64,000 nucleotides of DNA from Promethearchaeota archaeon (GCA_048938105.1 JBHLMN010000001.1:288001-352000); one strand, 5' to 3'. Positions 10,200 through 19,799 are shown, counted from the stretch's first letter. Translations and numbers: made by a program. Notes: a model not told the origin generated them from the letters alone.

Positions 10200-10214
10200 C
10201 TCCTTTTTTTGGAG
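10200..10214 (+). terminator. Oligo-T terminator of SRP RNA
   Basis: T7 tract immediately after the terminal helix. Confidence 0.6.
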
Positions 10215-10469
10215 TTAACACGAAAGAGTATTCTATCTCTGGTTTCATTGGTCTTAATGATCCATAAGAAGTCTTAGAGAACAAAAACTAATAGTTCACT
10301 AATTTTTATGCCTTTCTTTTATTAATATCAAACTTTTTTCATCGATAAAAAAGTTTTTAAGTGTTGCGCAACAACAACAACATGAGCAACATAAACAAAA
10401 TCTTGAAAAATTTTGTCTAAAATTGCTCAATTTCCCTGTTAATAAGGATATAATTGGTGAAAAATAGCT

Positions 10470-10748
10470 TTGATGCAAATCTTGCTAGATGAAAAAGAAA
10501 TCAAAAGAGAATTACCTAATATTATTAGTTCAATACCTTTGCCTCAAAGTGCAAAGAGAGTTTTCGAAATTTTATGTCATGAGGGACCTCTAACATCAGG
10601 AGATCTAGAGAAAAGATGTACCTATTCTGATCGGACTATTAGAAACGCATTAAAAAAGCTAATAGGAATAGGTTTAGTCATAAAAGTTGCGAATTTTAAT
10701 GATATGCGAACTTCCCTGTTTCATGTTCAAACAATAAATGCTGCTTGA
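10470..10748 (+). CDS. Small winged-HTH transcriptional regulator
   Basis: LPQSAKRVFEIL...LTSGDL...SDRTIRNALKKLIGIGLV. Confidence 0.85.
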   Translation: MMQILLDEKEIKRELPNIISSIPLPQSAKRVFEILCHEGPLTSGDLEKRCTYSDRTIRNALKKLIGIGLVIKVANFNDMRTSLFHVQTINAA

Positions 10749-10773
10749 TCTGATTTCGTATTGATTACCATTT

Positions 10774-11418
10774 TTATTTTTCTTCTTTTAGTAGAAGAAG
10801 CACTTTCCCATAATGATCCCAAAGTGTTTGCCAAATCCAACTAATAGGCAATCCTACTACGTTGAAGTAATCTCCTTGAATGTCACTAATTAAAAATGCT
10901 CCTAATCCTTGTATTGCATAACTACCTGCTCTATTTTGCCATTCGCCTTTTTCCAGATAATAGTGTATCTCTTCTTTCGACACATCCCTGAACTTTACCA
11001 GTGTAGAAACCACAGTCTGGTATTTCACTTTATTAGGGTGAATAAGGATGGTACAGCCCGTTAGAACCGTATGACTCTTACCAGACAGGCTTTGCAACAT
11101 AATTTTTGCATTGTCTCGATCCTTGGGCTTACCAATGATCGTACAAGACGGATCAATTACAACTGTATCACATCCTATTATAATAAAACTTTTTTTTTCA
11201 TCCTGAAGTCGAGAAGCAACAGTATAAGCCTTTTTTTGAGAAATGTGCAATACATACTTTTTGGGATCTGCTGAAAACTCCTCTTCATAGTCATTTTCAT
11301 CGATTTTACTAGGAATCGTTGTGAAAGGTAAGTGAACCTGTTTCAATACCTCTGCACGTGCTGGAGATTGAGACGCAAGAACTATTTTTAGGAAATGAGA
11401 CATTTTATGTTCAGTCAT
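10774..11418 (-). CDS. maf: Maf-family nucleoside triphosphate pyrophosphatase
   Basis: IVLASQSPAR, IIGCDTVV, GKPKD, LSGKSH, AGSYAIQG, GDYFNVVGLP. Confidence 0.93.
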   Translation of the reverse strand: MTEHKMSHFLKIVLASQSPARAEVLKQVHLPFTTIPSKIDENDYEEEFSADPKKYVLHISQKKAYTVASRLQDEKKSFIIIGCDTVVIDPSCTIIGKPKDRDNAKIMLQSLSGKSHTVLTGCTILIHPNKVKYQTVVSTLVKFRDVSKEEIHYYLEKGEWQNRAGSYAIQGLGAFLISDIQGDYFNVVGLPISWIWQTLWDHYGKVLLLLKEEK

Positions 11419-11556
11419 TCTGAAATAAAAAAAAGACTTAAGGACTATTCATTTTTTTTACAAACAGTTATTCCCTTAATATTCCTAGTGATCATCTATT
11501 TTTCATTATATAAGATATTGTTTTTTCGCAAAAAAAGAAAGGGTTAGGCAAATAGA

Positions 11557-12756
11557 ATGACAATGGAGGAAAAGATTCATAATCCTAAACGAGCTGCTAA
11601 TCGAATGTCACAAATCCGCTCATCAGGATTAAGAAAATTATTTGATCTTGAACACAAGATCGCAAAATCCTCTTCTCTCAAGATTCTCTCCTTTGGGCTT
11701 GGAAACCTTAACATCCCAACCATGCCTGAGATTATCAACAAGCTAAAAATCGCTCTTGATGATCCTATTTCTCACCGTTATTCTCCGAATGCTGGGCTTT
11801 TAGACCTACGAGAGGCATTAGTTGCTAGATATAAATCTGTTTATCATCTTGATTATTTAACAGACCAAGTAATAGTCACATCAGGCTGCTTAGAAGCTTT
11901 GATCGATACATTCATTGCTCTTATTGACCCTGGTGACGAAGTTCTTATTCAAGATCCCACTTTTGGTTATTATGCCAGTCAAATTACGCTTGTTGGAGGA
12001 AAAATAAAACCAATTCCTCTAAACGCTAAATTTGAACTCGAAGTAGAAGCAGTGAAAGAAGCGATCACCTCAAAAACGAAAGCTTTAGTTTTAAACTTCC
12101 CCTGTAATCCCACTGGAAGTGTAATGAGTCGCGAACAAATCCGAGCTGTGGTCGAAGTTGCGGCTGATAAAGGAGTAATTGTAATATCGGATGAAGCATA
12201 TGAAGCAATTACCTTTAATGGTCACAAACACACCTGTGCAGCAGAAATTAACTATGATAATGTAATTATCATTTCATCCTTTTCTAAAACTTATTGTATG
12301 ACTGGTTTTCGGGTTGGTTATGTTCTAGCTCCCCCTGAACTTCTTTCTCCTATTTCATTAGTTCACCAATATAATACTGCTTGTGCTAACAGTCCAGCAC
12401 AGATAGCTGCTAGAATAGCCCTTCATTCTCCTTCTTCTATCAGAGATGCAATGATGAAAGAACTCATTGAAAGGCGTAAAGAGACCATAAAAGCTTTTAC
12501 TTCTGTTGAAGGTATTGAATTGAATTACAACCCACTTGGGGCTTTTTATATTTACCCCAACGTTAGAGGCTTAGAAATGGATGGAAAGGAATTCTCTGAA
12601 CTTCTCTTAGAGAATTGTCAAGTAGTAGTGGTTCCAGGAACAGAATTTGGAACTGCTACTCCCGATCATGTTCGTGTGTCTTATGGTTTTTTAAACGAAG
12701 AAGATATCCGAGAGGCAGGCACAAGAATTCAATCATACTTCTCAAAAACTCATTAG
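11557..12756 (+). CDS. Class I/II PLP aminotransferase (aspartate aminotransferase-like)
   Basis: YSPNAG, NFPCNPTG, SDEAY, SFSKTYCMTGFRVG, GAFY. Confidence 0.92.
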   Translation: MTMEEKIHNPKRAANRMSQIRSSGLRKLFDLEHKIAKSSSLKILSFGLGNLNIPTMPEIINKLKIALDDPISHRYSPNAGLLDLREALVARYKSVYHLDYLTDQVIVTSGCLEALIDTFIALIDPGDEVLIQDPTFGYYASQITLVGGKIKPIPLNAKFELEVEAVKEAITSKTKALVLNFPCNPTGSVMSREQIRAVVEVAADKGVIVISDEAYEAITFNGHKHTCAAEINYDNVIIISSFSKTYCMTGFRVGYVLAPPELLSPISLVHQYNTACANSPAQIAARIALHSPSSIRDAMMKELIERRKETIKAFTSVEGIELNYNPLGAFYIYPNVRGLEMDGKEFSELLLENCQVVVVPGTEFGTATPDHVRVSYGFLNEEDIREAGTRIQSYFSKTH

Positions 12757-12894
12757 ACCCAAAAATGAATCGCTGTAGAGTGTATAAATTTCGTTATTTT
12801 GATCAACTTCTTAATTTTCGACCATTTCTCCTAAAGAAACAAAGAATGCATAAAAATAAAATTTGTTTTTCCATTAAATCTAAAGGTGTAAAAC

Positions 12895-14211
12895 ATGAAA
12901 GAAAGTAGAGAATTCATCCTCAAAGCTGACGATCTACCAGATAAATGGTATAATATTATCCCAGATTTACCAGAACCCCTTCCACCACCTAAAGATCCCC
13001 CTGAAGGGTATTCAAGGGTTAATGACTTACCTAACATGCTCATAAATGAGTGTTTAAAACAAGAAATGTCAAATGAGAGATGGATACCCATTCCTGAGGG
13101 AATTCGTGAACTGTACTTAGCTGCAGGAAGGCCAAGACCATTGTTCAGAGCAAAAAATCTTGAGGATAAATTAGGGACTCCTGCCAAATTATTCTTTAAA
13201 TCAGAATTTTTCAGCCCAACTGGTAGCCATAAGGTTAACACTGCTCTTGCTCAAGCTTATTATGCAAAAAAAGAAGGTTTCGAGCGACTCACAACTGAAA
13301 CTGGAGCTGGCCAATGGGGTAATGCGCTAGCTTATGCCGCAAGTTTAAATGACTTAGATTGTACGATTTTTTGGGTTCGTGCGGTCTATCGTTGGAAAGA
13401 ACAAAGATTAAAATTCATGCAGATGTTTGGCGCAGATGTATATGCTTCTCCTAGCAATAAAACAGAGTTTGGAAAGAAATTATACAAAGAAGACCCAAAC
13501 CATAATGGATCATTGGGTATTGCTATTTCTGAGGGATTAGAAGATGCCAAGAAAGATCCGAAAGCAGTTTATTGTCTTGGATCGGTGCTAAATCATGTTA
13601 TGATACACCAATCTATAATAGGCCTTGAAACGAAAGCGCAAATGGAGCTAGCAGGAACATATCCAGATGTCGTGATTTCGTGTCTTGGTGGAGGTAGTAA
13701 CTTTGGTGGTATTGCTATCCCCTTCATGCACGATGTGCTTAAGAAGAAAACAGATATTAAGTTCATTGCGTCACAAAGCAAAGCAGCTCCGAATCTGCAA
13801 GGAGAGTATAAGTACGATTTTGCTGATCATGCTGAAATGACTCCAATGTTGAAAATGTATACACTTGGACACCAAATAACGATGGTACCTATCAGGGGTG
13901 ATGGTCTGAGGTACCATGGTTGTTCACCGATTTTGAGTTTGTTAAGGCATCACGGTTACATTGATACAATAGCATATCCAGAAGATGAAAAATATGTTTT
14001 TGAGAGAGCAAGAGAATTTGTGCAAGCAGAAGGTTTTCTACCTGCACCTGAATCAGCTTACAGTATTGCATGTGCTATAGATGAGGCAATGAAGTGTAAG
14101 GAAGAAAATGAGGAAAAAGTCATTCTTTTCAATGTGAGTGGACATGGTTTCATGGATATGGATGGCTATGCTGAGATCCTTGGTTTGAAAAAACAACCAG
14201 AACGGGCATGA
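12895..14211 (+). CDS. trpB2: Tryptophan synthase beta chain type 2 (TrpB2)
   Basis: PTGSHKVNTA, TETGAGQWG, GSLGIAISE, LGSVLNHV, GGGSNF, GLRYHG, PAPES, SGHG. Confidence 0.95.
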   Translation: MKESREFILKADDLPDKWYNIIPDLPEPLPPPKDPPEGYSRVNDLPNMLINECLKQEMSNERWIPIPEGIRELYLAAGRPRPLFRAKNLEDKLGTPAKLFFKSEFFSPTGSHKVNTALAQAYYAKKEGFERLTTETGAGQWGNALAYAASLNDLDCTIFWVRAVYRWKEQRLKFMQMFGADVYASPSNKTEFGKKLYKEDPNHNGSLGIAISEGLEDAKKDPKAVYCLGSVLNHVMIHQSIIGLETKAQMELAGTYPDVVISCLGGGSNFGGIAIPFMHDVLKKKTDIKFIASQSKAAPNLQGEYKYDFADHAEMTPMLKMYTLGHQITMVPIRGDGLRYHGCSPILSLLRHHGYIDTIAYPEDEKYVFERAREFVQAEGFLPAPESAYSIACAIDEAMKCKEENEEKVILFNVSGHGFMDMDGYAEILGLKKQPERA

Positions 14212-14290
14212 AATGCTAGAGGGAGAAATACCTCTCTTTTAGCAATGTCCTTATGAGAAATTCAATCCTCCCTATGAGAACTTGTCTTCT

Positions 14291-14503
14291 TCACGCAATT
14301 AATCTTCGTGAAATATAGTCAGAAAGCTTCTTGTTTCGGGGTATTCGGGTTACAAATGCATCCATACCACATTCATTGCACTTCAGTCGAAGTGTACCAT
14401 GATTAACGATGGTACTGATGGTATGAGTATGACACCAAGGACATAGAAGCTCTTGTTCAGCTCGTTGTTGAAGATCTACATTCTCTTCGATTTCGATAGT
14501 CAA
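14291..14503 (-). CDS. Small zinc-ribbon protein (Elf1-like Cys spacing)
   Basis: CPWC...CNEC; TTG start preceded by a strong GGAGGT Shine-Dalgarno. Confidence 0.75.
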   Translation of the reverse strand: MTIEIEENVDLQQRAEQELLCPWCHTHTISTIVNHGTLRLKCNECGMDAFVTRIPRNKKLSDYISRRLIA

Positions 14504-14532
14504 TTTTTTACCTCCTATTCTTTTATTAAGAT

Positions 14533-14643
14533 GGAAAACTACCCATTATGGGTTTATTTTCCGATATAGCTTAGCTATATCACACCGACTCGATTTCGGT
14601 GAGCTTTTCCTATATGGAGATACACACTAGTGAAACTAGAGTG
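14533..14643 (-). promoter_or_regulatory. Putative structured 5' leader RNA with tandem hairpins
   Basis: Three abutting inverted repeats (14533-14562, 14563-14581, 14583-14601) plus 14623-14643, lying between a minus-strand TTTATAT box (about 14668-14674) and the SD of 14291..14503. Confidence 0.5.
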
Positions 14644-15352
14644 CAGATAATTTTTCTTCTTTAGGGGATATAAAAATGTTATGATTTATGACGAATTTTG
14701 TAATTTTATACATATTTTCATATTTTTTTTCAACTTTTTAATTTCATCTAATAAGCTTATTCTGTGTCTAAAGGTTTAGTGTACTTAAATTTTGGCATAA
14801 TCGCTTATTAATCTTTCTCTATTGGCATATCTTTTCATTCTTTATGTCTATGATATTTCCAATGGATTTATAGATCACATCACTCCTGTAAACTCAAAAT
14901 AACGAGATTTTCAATATGAACGAATCAAAGATGATAGGGACTTATCGAAAACTTCACTGACTGGCATTGATGCAAAAAAATTCAAGATAGATGAAAAAAA
15001 TACTCGAAAAATAACACGCAAAATGTTCAGGTCTAGAAAATTGTTAAATATTATCCTCATGTGGTGTTTAACTTAAAAAAAGTAGAAGTGTTACTGTATA
15101 ATTAACAAATGCTAGATTGTTTTCAATTTATTGCAATTACTGGAGTTTTTTACTTAAAATACTCTTGTAAAAATTTACAGATTTCATTATAAAAGCTATC
15201 TAAATTTTTAGATTGAAGAGATATGTCAACATTTTAACATCTTTCCACAAAAAGTTTATTCATCAAAAGGGATCTTTACCATTTTACGAAAGATTGCCTG
15301 GAATTAGCCACAAACAAGATATGTCTAGAATATTTGGAACTGTGTCCCCAAT

Positions 15353-16513
15353 ATGGTAATTCACCAGATATTTAGCAAATTTGCTTTAATTGGAGATGAT
15401 CTTACAATAAAGCAGGATGTACTCATAGATATTAATAATCAAGGTAGAATTTCCAACATTAAATGGAATTCCTCTCTAGATAAAAATGATGTTGAATTAT
15501 CATTTCCTCATCATTTACTTTTACCTAAGTTCATTAACTCTCATACTCACCTTGGTGATTCCGTTCTAAAAGACCAAGCTTTTGGATTATCTTTAAATGA
15601 AGCCGTAGGAATTGAAGGTTGTAAATACAATGCTAATAAGCTTCATAGAACCCAGCGTCTTGCTGCAATGAGATCTGCCGTAATAGAAATGATTGAGAGT
15701 GGTACTGCAGCCTGTTATGACTTTAGAGAAAATGGGTTAATAGGAATTCATGAACTCAGAGAGTCTGCGTTTGGTCTTCCGATTGATCTTCATATTCTGG
15801 GACGTCAAGATCCTAGTACTCACTTAATTGATATAATTTCTCAATGTGATGGTATAGGGTTTGGTTCACCACTTTTTCTTTCTCAAGAAGAGCTAAAGAC
15901 GATTCAAGAACAAATTTCTTCTCCAAATATCCTTGTAGCAACTCATGTTGGAGAAGAGCTTCAAGTAATTCAGGAATCTTTAGATCGTTTCGGGCTTACT
16001 GATCTTCAAGTAGCTTTAAAGTATCTAAATCCCGATATCCTGATCCATTTGACAAAGTTTGATGATAATGATCTGGTTGAAATTCCTACCTCAAAATTTG
16101 TTGTTTTTTGCCCACGATCAAACGCCTATTTCGGATTAGGATTTCCACCAATCAGTTATTTTCTAGATAAGAGGTATTTAATTGGACTAGGAACTGATAA
16201 TGTCATGACAATAGCCCCAAATATCTTGGAAGAATTACGTTGGCTCGTACTGCGATTAAAAGAACAAGGAATTCCAATTAGTCCCATTCAAGCCTTAAAA
16301 TTCATAACAATAAACCCTTCAAAAGCACTAAAAATCCTCACAGGGTGCGTCAAAGAAAATTATTGGGCAGATTTGTTAGTGATTGATCTTCAAACTAATA
16401 GAACTATGTTTGGGAAAGATCCAATCATGACATTACTCTTTCGTTGTCACCTTCCAGAAGATATTTCTCTTAATCTCTTCCATGGAGAACTTGTTTCAAA
16501 TGAACTTAGTTAA
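15353..16513 (+). CDS. Metal-dependent amidohydrolase (cytosine/adenosine deaminase-like superfamily)
   Basis: INSHTHLGD, HVGE, LIHLT, CPRSN, GLGTDN, ADLLVID. Confidence 0.88.
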   Translation: MVIHQIFSKFALIGDDLTIKQDVLIDINNQGRISNIKWNSSLDKNDVELSFPHHLLLPKFINSHTHLGDSVLKDQAFGLSLNEAVGIEGCKYNANKLHRTQRLAAMRSAVIEMIESGTAACYDFRENGLIGIHELRESAFGLPIDLHILGRQDPSTHLIDIISQCDGIGFGSPLFLSQEELKTIQEQISSPNILVATHVGEELQVIQESLDRFGLTDLQVALKYLNPDILIHLTKFDDNDLVEIPTSKFVVFCPRSNAYFGLGFPPISYFLDKRYLIGLGTDNVMTIAPNILEELRWLVLRLKEQGIPISPIQALKFITINPSKALKILTGCVKENYWADLLVIDLQTNRTMFGKDPIMTLLFRCHLPEDISLNLFHGELVSNELS

Positions 16514-17210
16514 ATCTCATAAAGCTCGCCCTTATGTATTTCTATCAGCAGCAACCAGTCTTGATGGTTATATCGCAACAATTGATGGTGATAGTCTTTT
16601 ATCAAATTCGAAAGACTGGATTAGAGTTCATCGATTAAGAGCTGAATCTGACGCAATAATGGTTGGAAGTGGAACTATTCGAGCTGATGATTCCAAACTG
16701 ACCATAAATAGAAAATTAATTGATATAAGTAATGAAAATAATCCCATTCGAGTTGTGGTCAGTTCAAAAGGTAAGATTCCTTTGAACTCTAGAGTAATTA
16801 CCCATCGACCTGATATCCTAACCTTAATTGCAACTACATCACAATGTTCTCAAAACCAAAAAAAACTTTTGGAGGAAAAAGGCTGTCATGTCATTATCTG
16901 CGGAGATGGCCCCCTAACAGACCTATTCCAACTATTATACACCCTAAAAAAGGATTTTCACATTAAGAAATTGATGGTGGAGGGGGGAAGTCGCTTGAAT
17001 GGAGAAATGTTAAATAACCAACTTATTGATGAAGTTCAGCTAGCAATAGCACCAGTGATCTGTGGTCAGGGCGTTCCGCTTTTCAACCTATCACAAGAAA
17101 TTCCTTCATTTTCAAAGTCACCTTTTTTCGAAATAAAAGCACACAGCCAAATAGATGATATGATATGGCTAAAAATGTCAATTCATTACCGACACCGACG
17201 AGTTTCTTAG
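16500..17210 (+). CDS. arfC: 2,5-diamino-6-ribosylamino-4(3H)-pyrimidinone 5'-phosphate reductase (stand-alone RibD reductase, ArfC-type)
   Basis: RPYVFLSAATSLDG, VHRLRAESDAIMVGSGT, LMVEGG, IDEV; no deaminase domain; probable start ATG 16500 overlaps the upstream stop. Confidence 0.85.
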   Translation: MNLVKSHKARPYVFLSAATSLDGYIATIDGDSLLSNSKDWIRVHRLRAESDAIMVGSGTIRADDSKLTINRKLIDISNENNPIRVVVSSKGKIPLNSRVITHRPDILTLIATTSQCSQNQKKLLEEKGCHVIICGDGPLTDLFQLLYTLKKDFHIKKLMVEGGSRLNGEMLNNQLIDEVQLAIAPVICGQGVPLFNLSQEIPSFSKSPFFEIKAHSQIDDMIWLKMSIHYRHRRVS

Positions 17211-17217
17211 ATGTGTT

Positions 17218-18132
17218 TTAACCCACAATGAAGAGAATTACAGCATATATTATTGCAATGATAACTGCGTGTGACCCTTCAGGATCAATTGACTTAACAG
17301 CAAAATAAACTAACACGATACCCCAAATAAGGAAAATAATATCTGTAAAGAAAAGTATATCCCCTACTATTCCAATAGGAGCACTCAGTGCTGTAAAATC
17401 AAATATGTCATTAATTGTGATTGTTGTTGGCTGAATAAAAAGAGCAAAAGCAGCAAGTCGAAGCAATTCACTGAAAATTCTAGGAAGAAAACTCCAACCC
17501 ACGATAGACATCATGGTCTTAAAGTTTCTTTCATGTGATGGAACTTGGGATGAGAATATTGCTTGTAATATCCACAGAACGAAACTCCCAATTAGCCAGG
17601 TAATAAAAAAGCCAAAAGGAGTAAAAAATACAGATACTATCATCAAAAATTGCATATATTCATCCATATCAATATCCATACCTGATATACCAAGACTCTC
17701 GAAGAAACCTTCAGAAAATTCAATTGGTGTCCTTAAGGTAAGAACATAAAGGGCTAAACCTGAAATAATCCCAGCTATTAAAACAATAATAAATGGTTGG
17801 CCCAAATTTGGTCGTTTAACAATTCGAGGCATTTCTAATTTAGGAGACATCAACACTCCTTGAAAATGTTGAGCGAATGGAAGAGGTGGTTCCCTCACTA
17901 TTCTTTCAGGTCTATAAGAAGGCGGATAAGTAGGAGTACCTCTATCAGAAACAGTTGGAGGGATTGCTGTATATGGAGAGGAAGGTTTCGTACTAACTAC
18001 TCCAGTTGAATCAACGGTTGGGACTGGAGTACCACAGTATGCACAAAAAGTAGCTCCCCCTAGTAACTTCTGACCGCAATTTCCACAGAATTTTGGGGTT
18101 GTTTCAGAACCATCATTACTCATAAAAATCAA
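17218..18132 (-). CDS. Yip1-domain membrane protein with N-terminal double zinc ribbon
   Basis: FCGNCG...FCAYCG, Pro-rich linker, five hydrophobic segments with FKTMMSIVGWSFLP (Yip1-type). Confidence 0.8.
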   Translation of the reverse strand: MIFMSNDGSETTPKFCGNCGQKLLGGATFCAYCGTPVPTVDSTGVVSTKPSSPYTAIPPTVSDRGTPTYPPSYRPERIVREPPLPFAQHFQGVLMSPKLEMPRIVKRPNLGQPFIIVLIAGIISGLALYVLTLRTPIEFSEGFFESLGISGMDIDMDEYMQFLMIVSVFFTPFGFFITWLIGSFVLWILQAIFSSQVPSHERNFKTMMSIVGWSFLPRIFSELLRLAAFALFIQPTTITINDIFDFTALSAPIGIVGDILFFTDIIFLIWGIVLVYFAVKSIDPEGSHAVIIAIIYAVILFIVG

Positions 18133-18411
18133 CTTAATGATATTAATACTAGAGAATGTTTAATTATAAGCTAATGGAGCATGAATTAAAAATTTATTGT
18201 TTATGTTGGCTGTTTTTCAGTATAGCATCATCTTGAATATCCCTAAGTATTAATTATTGAATAAATTCAGATATACGATCTTGAATGAGCTTTTTTCGTA
18301 TAAAAAAATACTTTCATGCTATTAATGGTGATTCTAGATTTAAATTAGTAAGATATGTATAGTGACTGTGTTAAAAAAGGTTATACTGAAAGACACTAGT
18401 TAAAAATAGGA

Positions 18412-18729
18412 TTAACTTGACCTATCTTTCAAAACAACAATGGTGAATCCAGCTGCTTCGTCAGGAGTGATGATTATTTCTGATTTAGGCATTTCTACAT
18501 ATACACTTTGAAGTCGTCCATGATCGAGAGCATCTGAAACACTCCTGACCTTTTTTACCAGTGAAGCCACATGAGCAGATACTCTTTCTGCATCTGACTG
18601 CGGAAGATTACTTTGGAGTGGTAGACCATCTTCATCACAAACTAATATCCCTTTAACCCCACGTCGCGCTGCTAATCTTTTGATAGTGTTCTGCAACACT
18701 GAGGGAATTACATACTCATCATCAGACAT
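18412..18729 (-). CDS. Roadblock/LC7 protein, dynein light chain roadblock-like
   Basis: LQNTIKRLAARRGVKGILVCDEDGLPLQS...KSEIIITPD. Confidence 0.9.
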   Translation of the reverse strand: MSDDEYVIPSVLQNTIKRLAARRGVKGILVCDEDGLPLQSNLPQSDAERVSAHVASLVKKVRSVSDALDHGRLQSVYVEMPKSEIIITPDEAAGFTIVVLKDRSS

Positions 18730-18745
18730 TTGATCACTTTCCTCT

Positions 18746-19093
18746 TTAATCCTTGGATGTTAATGTCATTTTAGTGCTTTCCCGTTTCACTAATGCAACA
18801 ATAATGATTTCAGAGTCATAGTCAGGGATTATTTCCACGTCACCAACTTCCAGCTCCAATCTGATACTTCTAGCTTCTTCTTGTGATATTTCCCTAGAAA
18901 TACTTCTCACTTTTCCTACCAAAGAGGCAACGTGCGCCGCTACTCTCTCCGTATCCTCTTCAGGAAGTGAAGATTGGAGTGGCAAACCATCTGTATCACT
19001 TAATACAGCACCATAAACTCCCTTATGCTTCCCAACTGATTCAATGACCTTCTCCAGCGCCTGTTGTGATAAATACCCTGCTTCTTGTGCCAT
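18746..19093 (-). CDS. Roadblock/LC7 protein, paralog of 18412..18729
   Basis: HKGVYGAVLSDTDGLPLQS, ERVAAHVASLVGKVRS shared with the neighbouring gene. Confidence 0.9.
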   Translation of the reverse strand: MAQEAGYLSQQALEKVIESVGKHKGVYGAVLSDTDGLPLQSSLPEEDTERVAAHVASLVGKVRSISREISQEEARSIRLELEVGDVEIIPDYDSEIIIVALVKRESTKMTLTSKD

Positions 19094-19132
19094 TTTTCAT
19101 CGTATTCCTTTATTTTTTCATCGTATTCCTTT
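19093..19132. repeat. Tandem duplication of 19 bp, period 21
   Basis: TTTTTCATCGTATTCCTTT at 19093-19111 and 19114-19132. Confidence 0.9.
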
Positions 19133-19200
19133 TCTCCGACGGCCACTTAAAACCTTTTGCTTTTGATTCCATGAAGGAAAAATTAAACCCTAATGAGCAG

Positions 19201-19226
19201 CATTACCTTTTAAAAACAAGGTAGTG
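19201..19226. promoter_or_regulatory. Inverted repeat, candidate operator in divergent promoter
   Basis: CATTACCTT-N8-AAGGTAGTG (8/9 complementary) between the roadblock pair and an HTH gene. Confidence 0.35.
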
Positions 19227-19298
19227 TATCAAAGTTCTGGTAGGCTAAACCTTAAAAGCGGGGGAAAATAGGAAGTCCTTAGTCCTAGGAGGCCATTT

Positions 19299-19748
19299 GT
19301 GATGGACTCACAAGAAAGTGATAACAGCAAATCTTTGGATGAAAAATTAGATAAAATCCTATCAACTGTTAAGACCTTAGGAACTGATGTTAAATCCTTA
19401 AAAAACAGAATTTCTCAACTTGAGGGTCGCATAGATCAGAAATTATCCATTCCAATAGAATCTAGTGAATCAAAATCCACAGAAAGGAAAATAGATCCTG
19501 TTAATTTTGACGAGCTAGATGAACATCTAAAGCGTACCTATGAAATTTTAGAAACAGCTCAAAAACCAATGGATGCTTCAGAACTTGCCGAACGAATGGG
19601 TCGAAGCCGCAGCACCATTAGTTATCATCTTAACCAGCTTGAGAAAAAGGAATTTCTTGAAAAAATTCCAAGTCCTAAAGATAGGTCAAGAAATGTCTTT
19701 TTCAGGCCTAAGGGTAGCTCTTTTAAACTGATAAACTCTGAGAAATAA
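19299..19748 (+). CDS. Coiled-coil plus winged-HTH (ArsR/MarR-like) regulator
   Basis: N-terminal heptads (LDEKLDKIL...LKNRISQLE); MDASELAERMGRSRSTISYHLNQLEKKEFL. Confidence 0.85.
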   Translation: MMDSQESDNSKSLDEKLDKILSTVKTLGTDVKSLKNRISQLEGRIDQKLSIPIESSESKSTERKIDPVNFDELDEHLKRTYEILETAQKPMDASELAERMGRSRSTISYHLNQLEKKEFLEKIPSPKDRSRNVFFRPKGSSFKLINSEK

Positions 19749-19799
19749 TTTCAGAGAATATTGAAACTAATAGATGAAAGAAAAGCAGAATTATTTCTA

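Noticed and set aside
14248-14280. Direct repeat TCCYTATGAGAA, two copies
   Set aside because: Only two 12-mers between convergent genes; not CRISPR-like and no supporting context
14680-15350. About 670-bp AT-rich gap as a possible replication origin or gene remnant
   Set aside because: No ORB-like repeats, no adjacent cdc6/orc1, and no recognisable coding fragment
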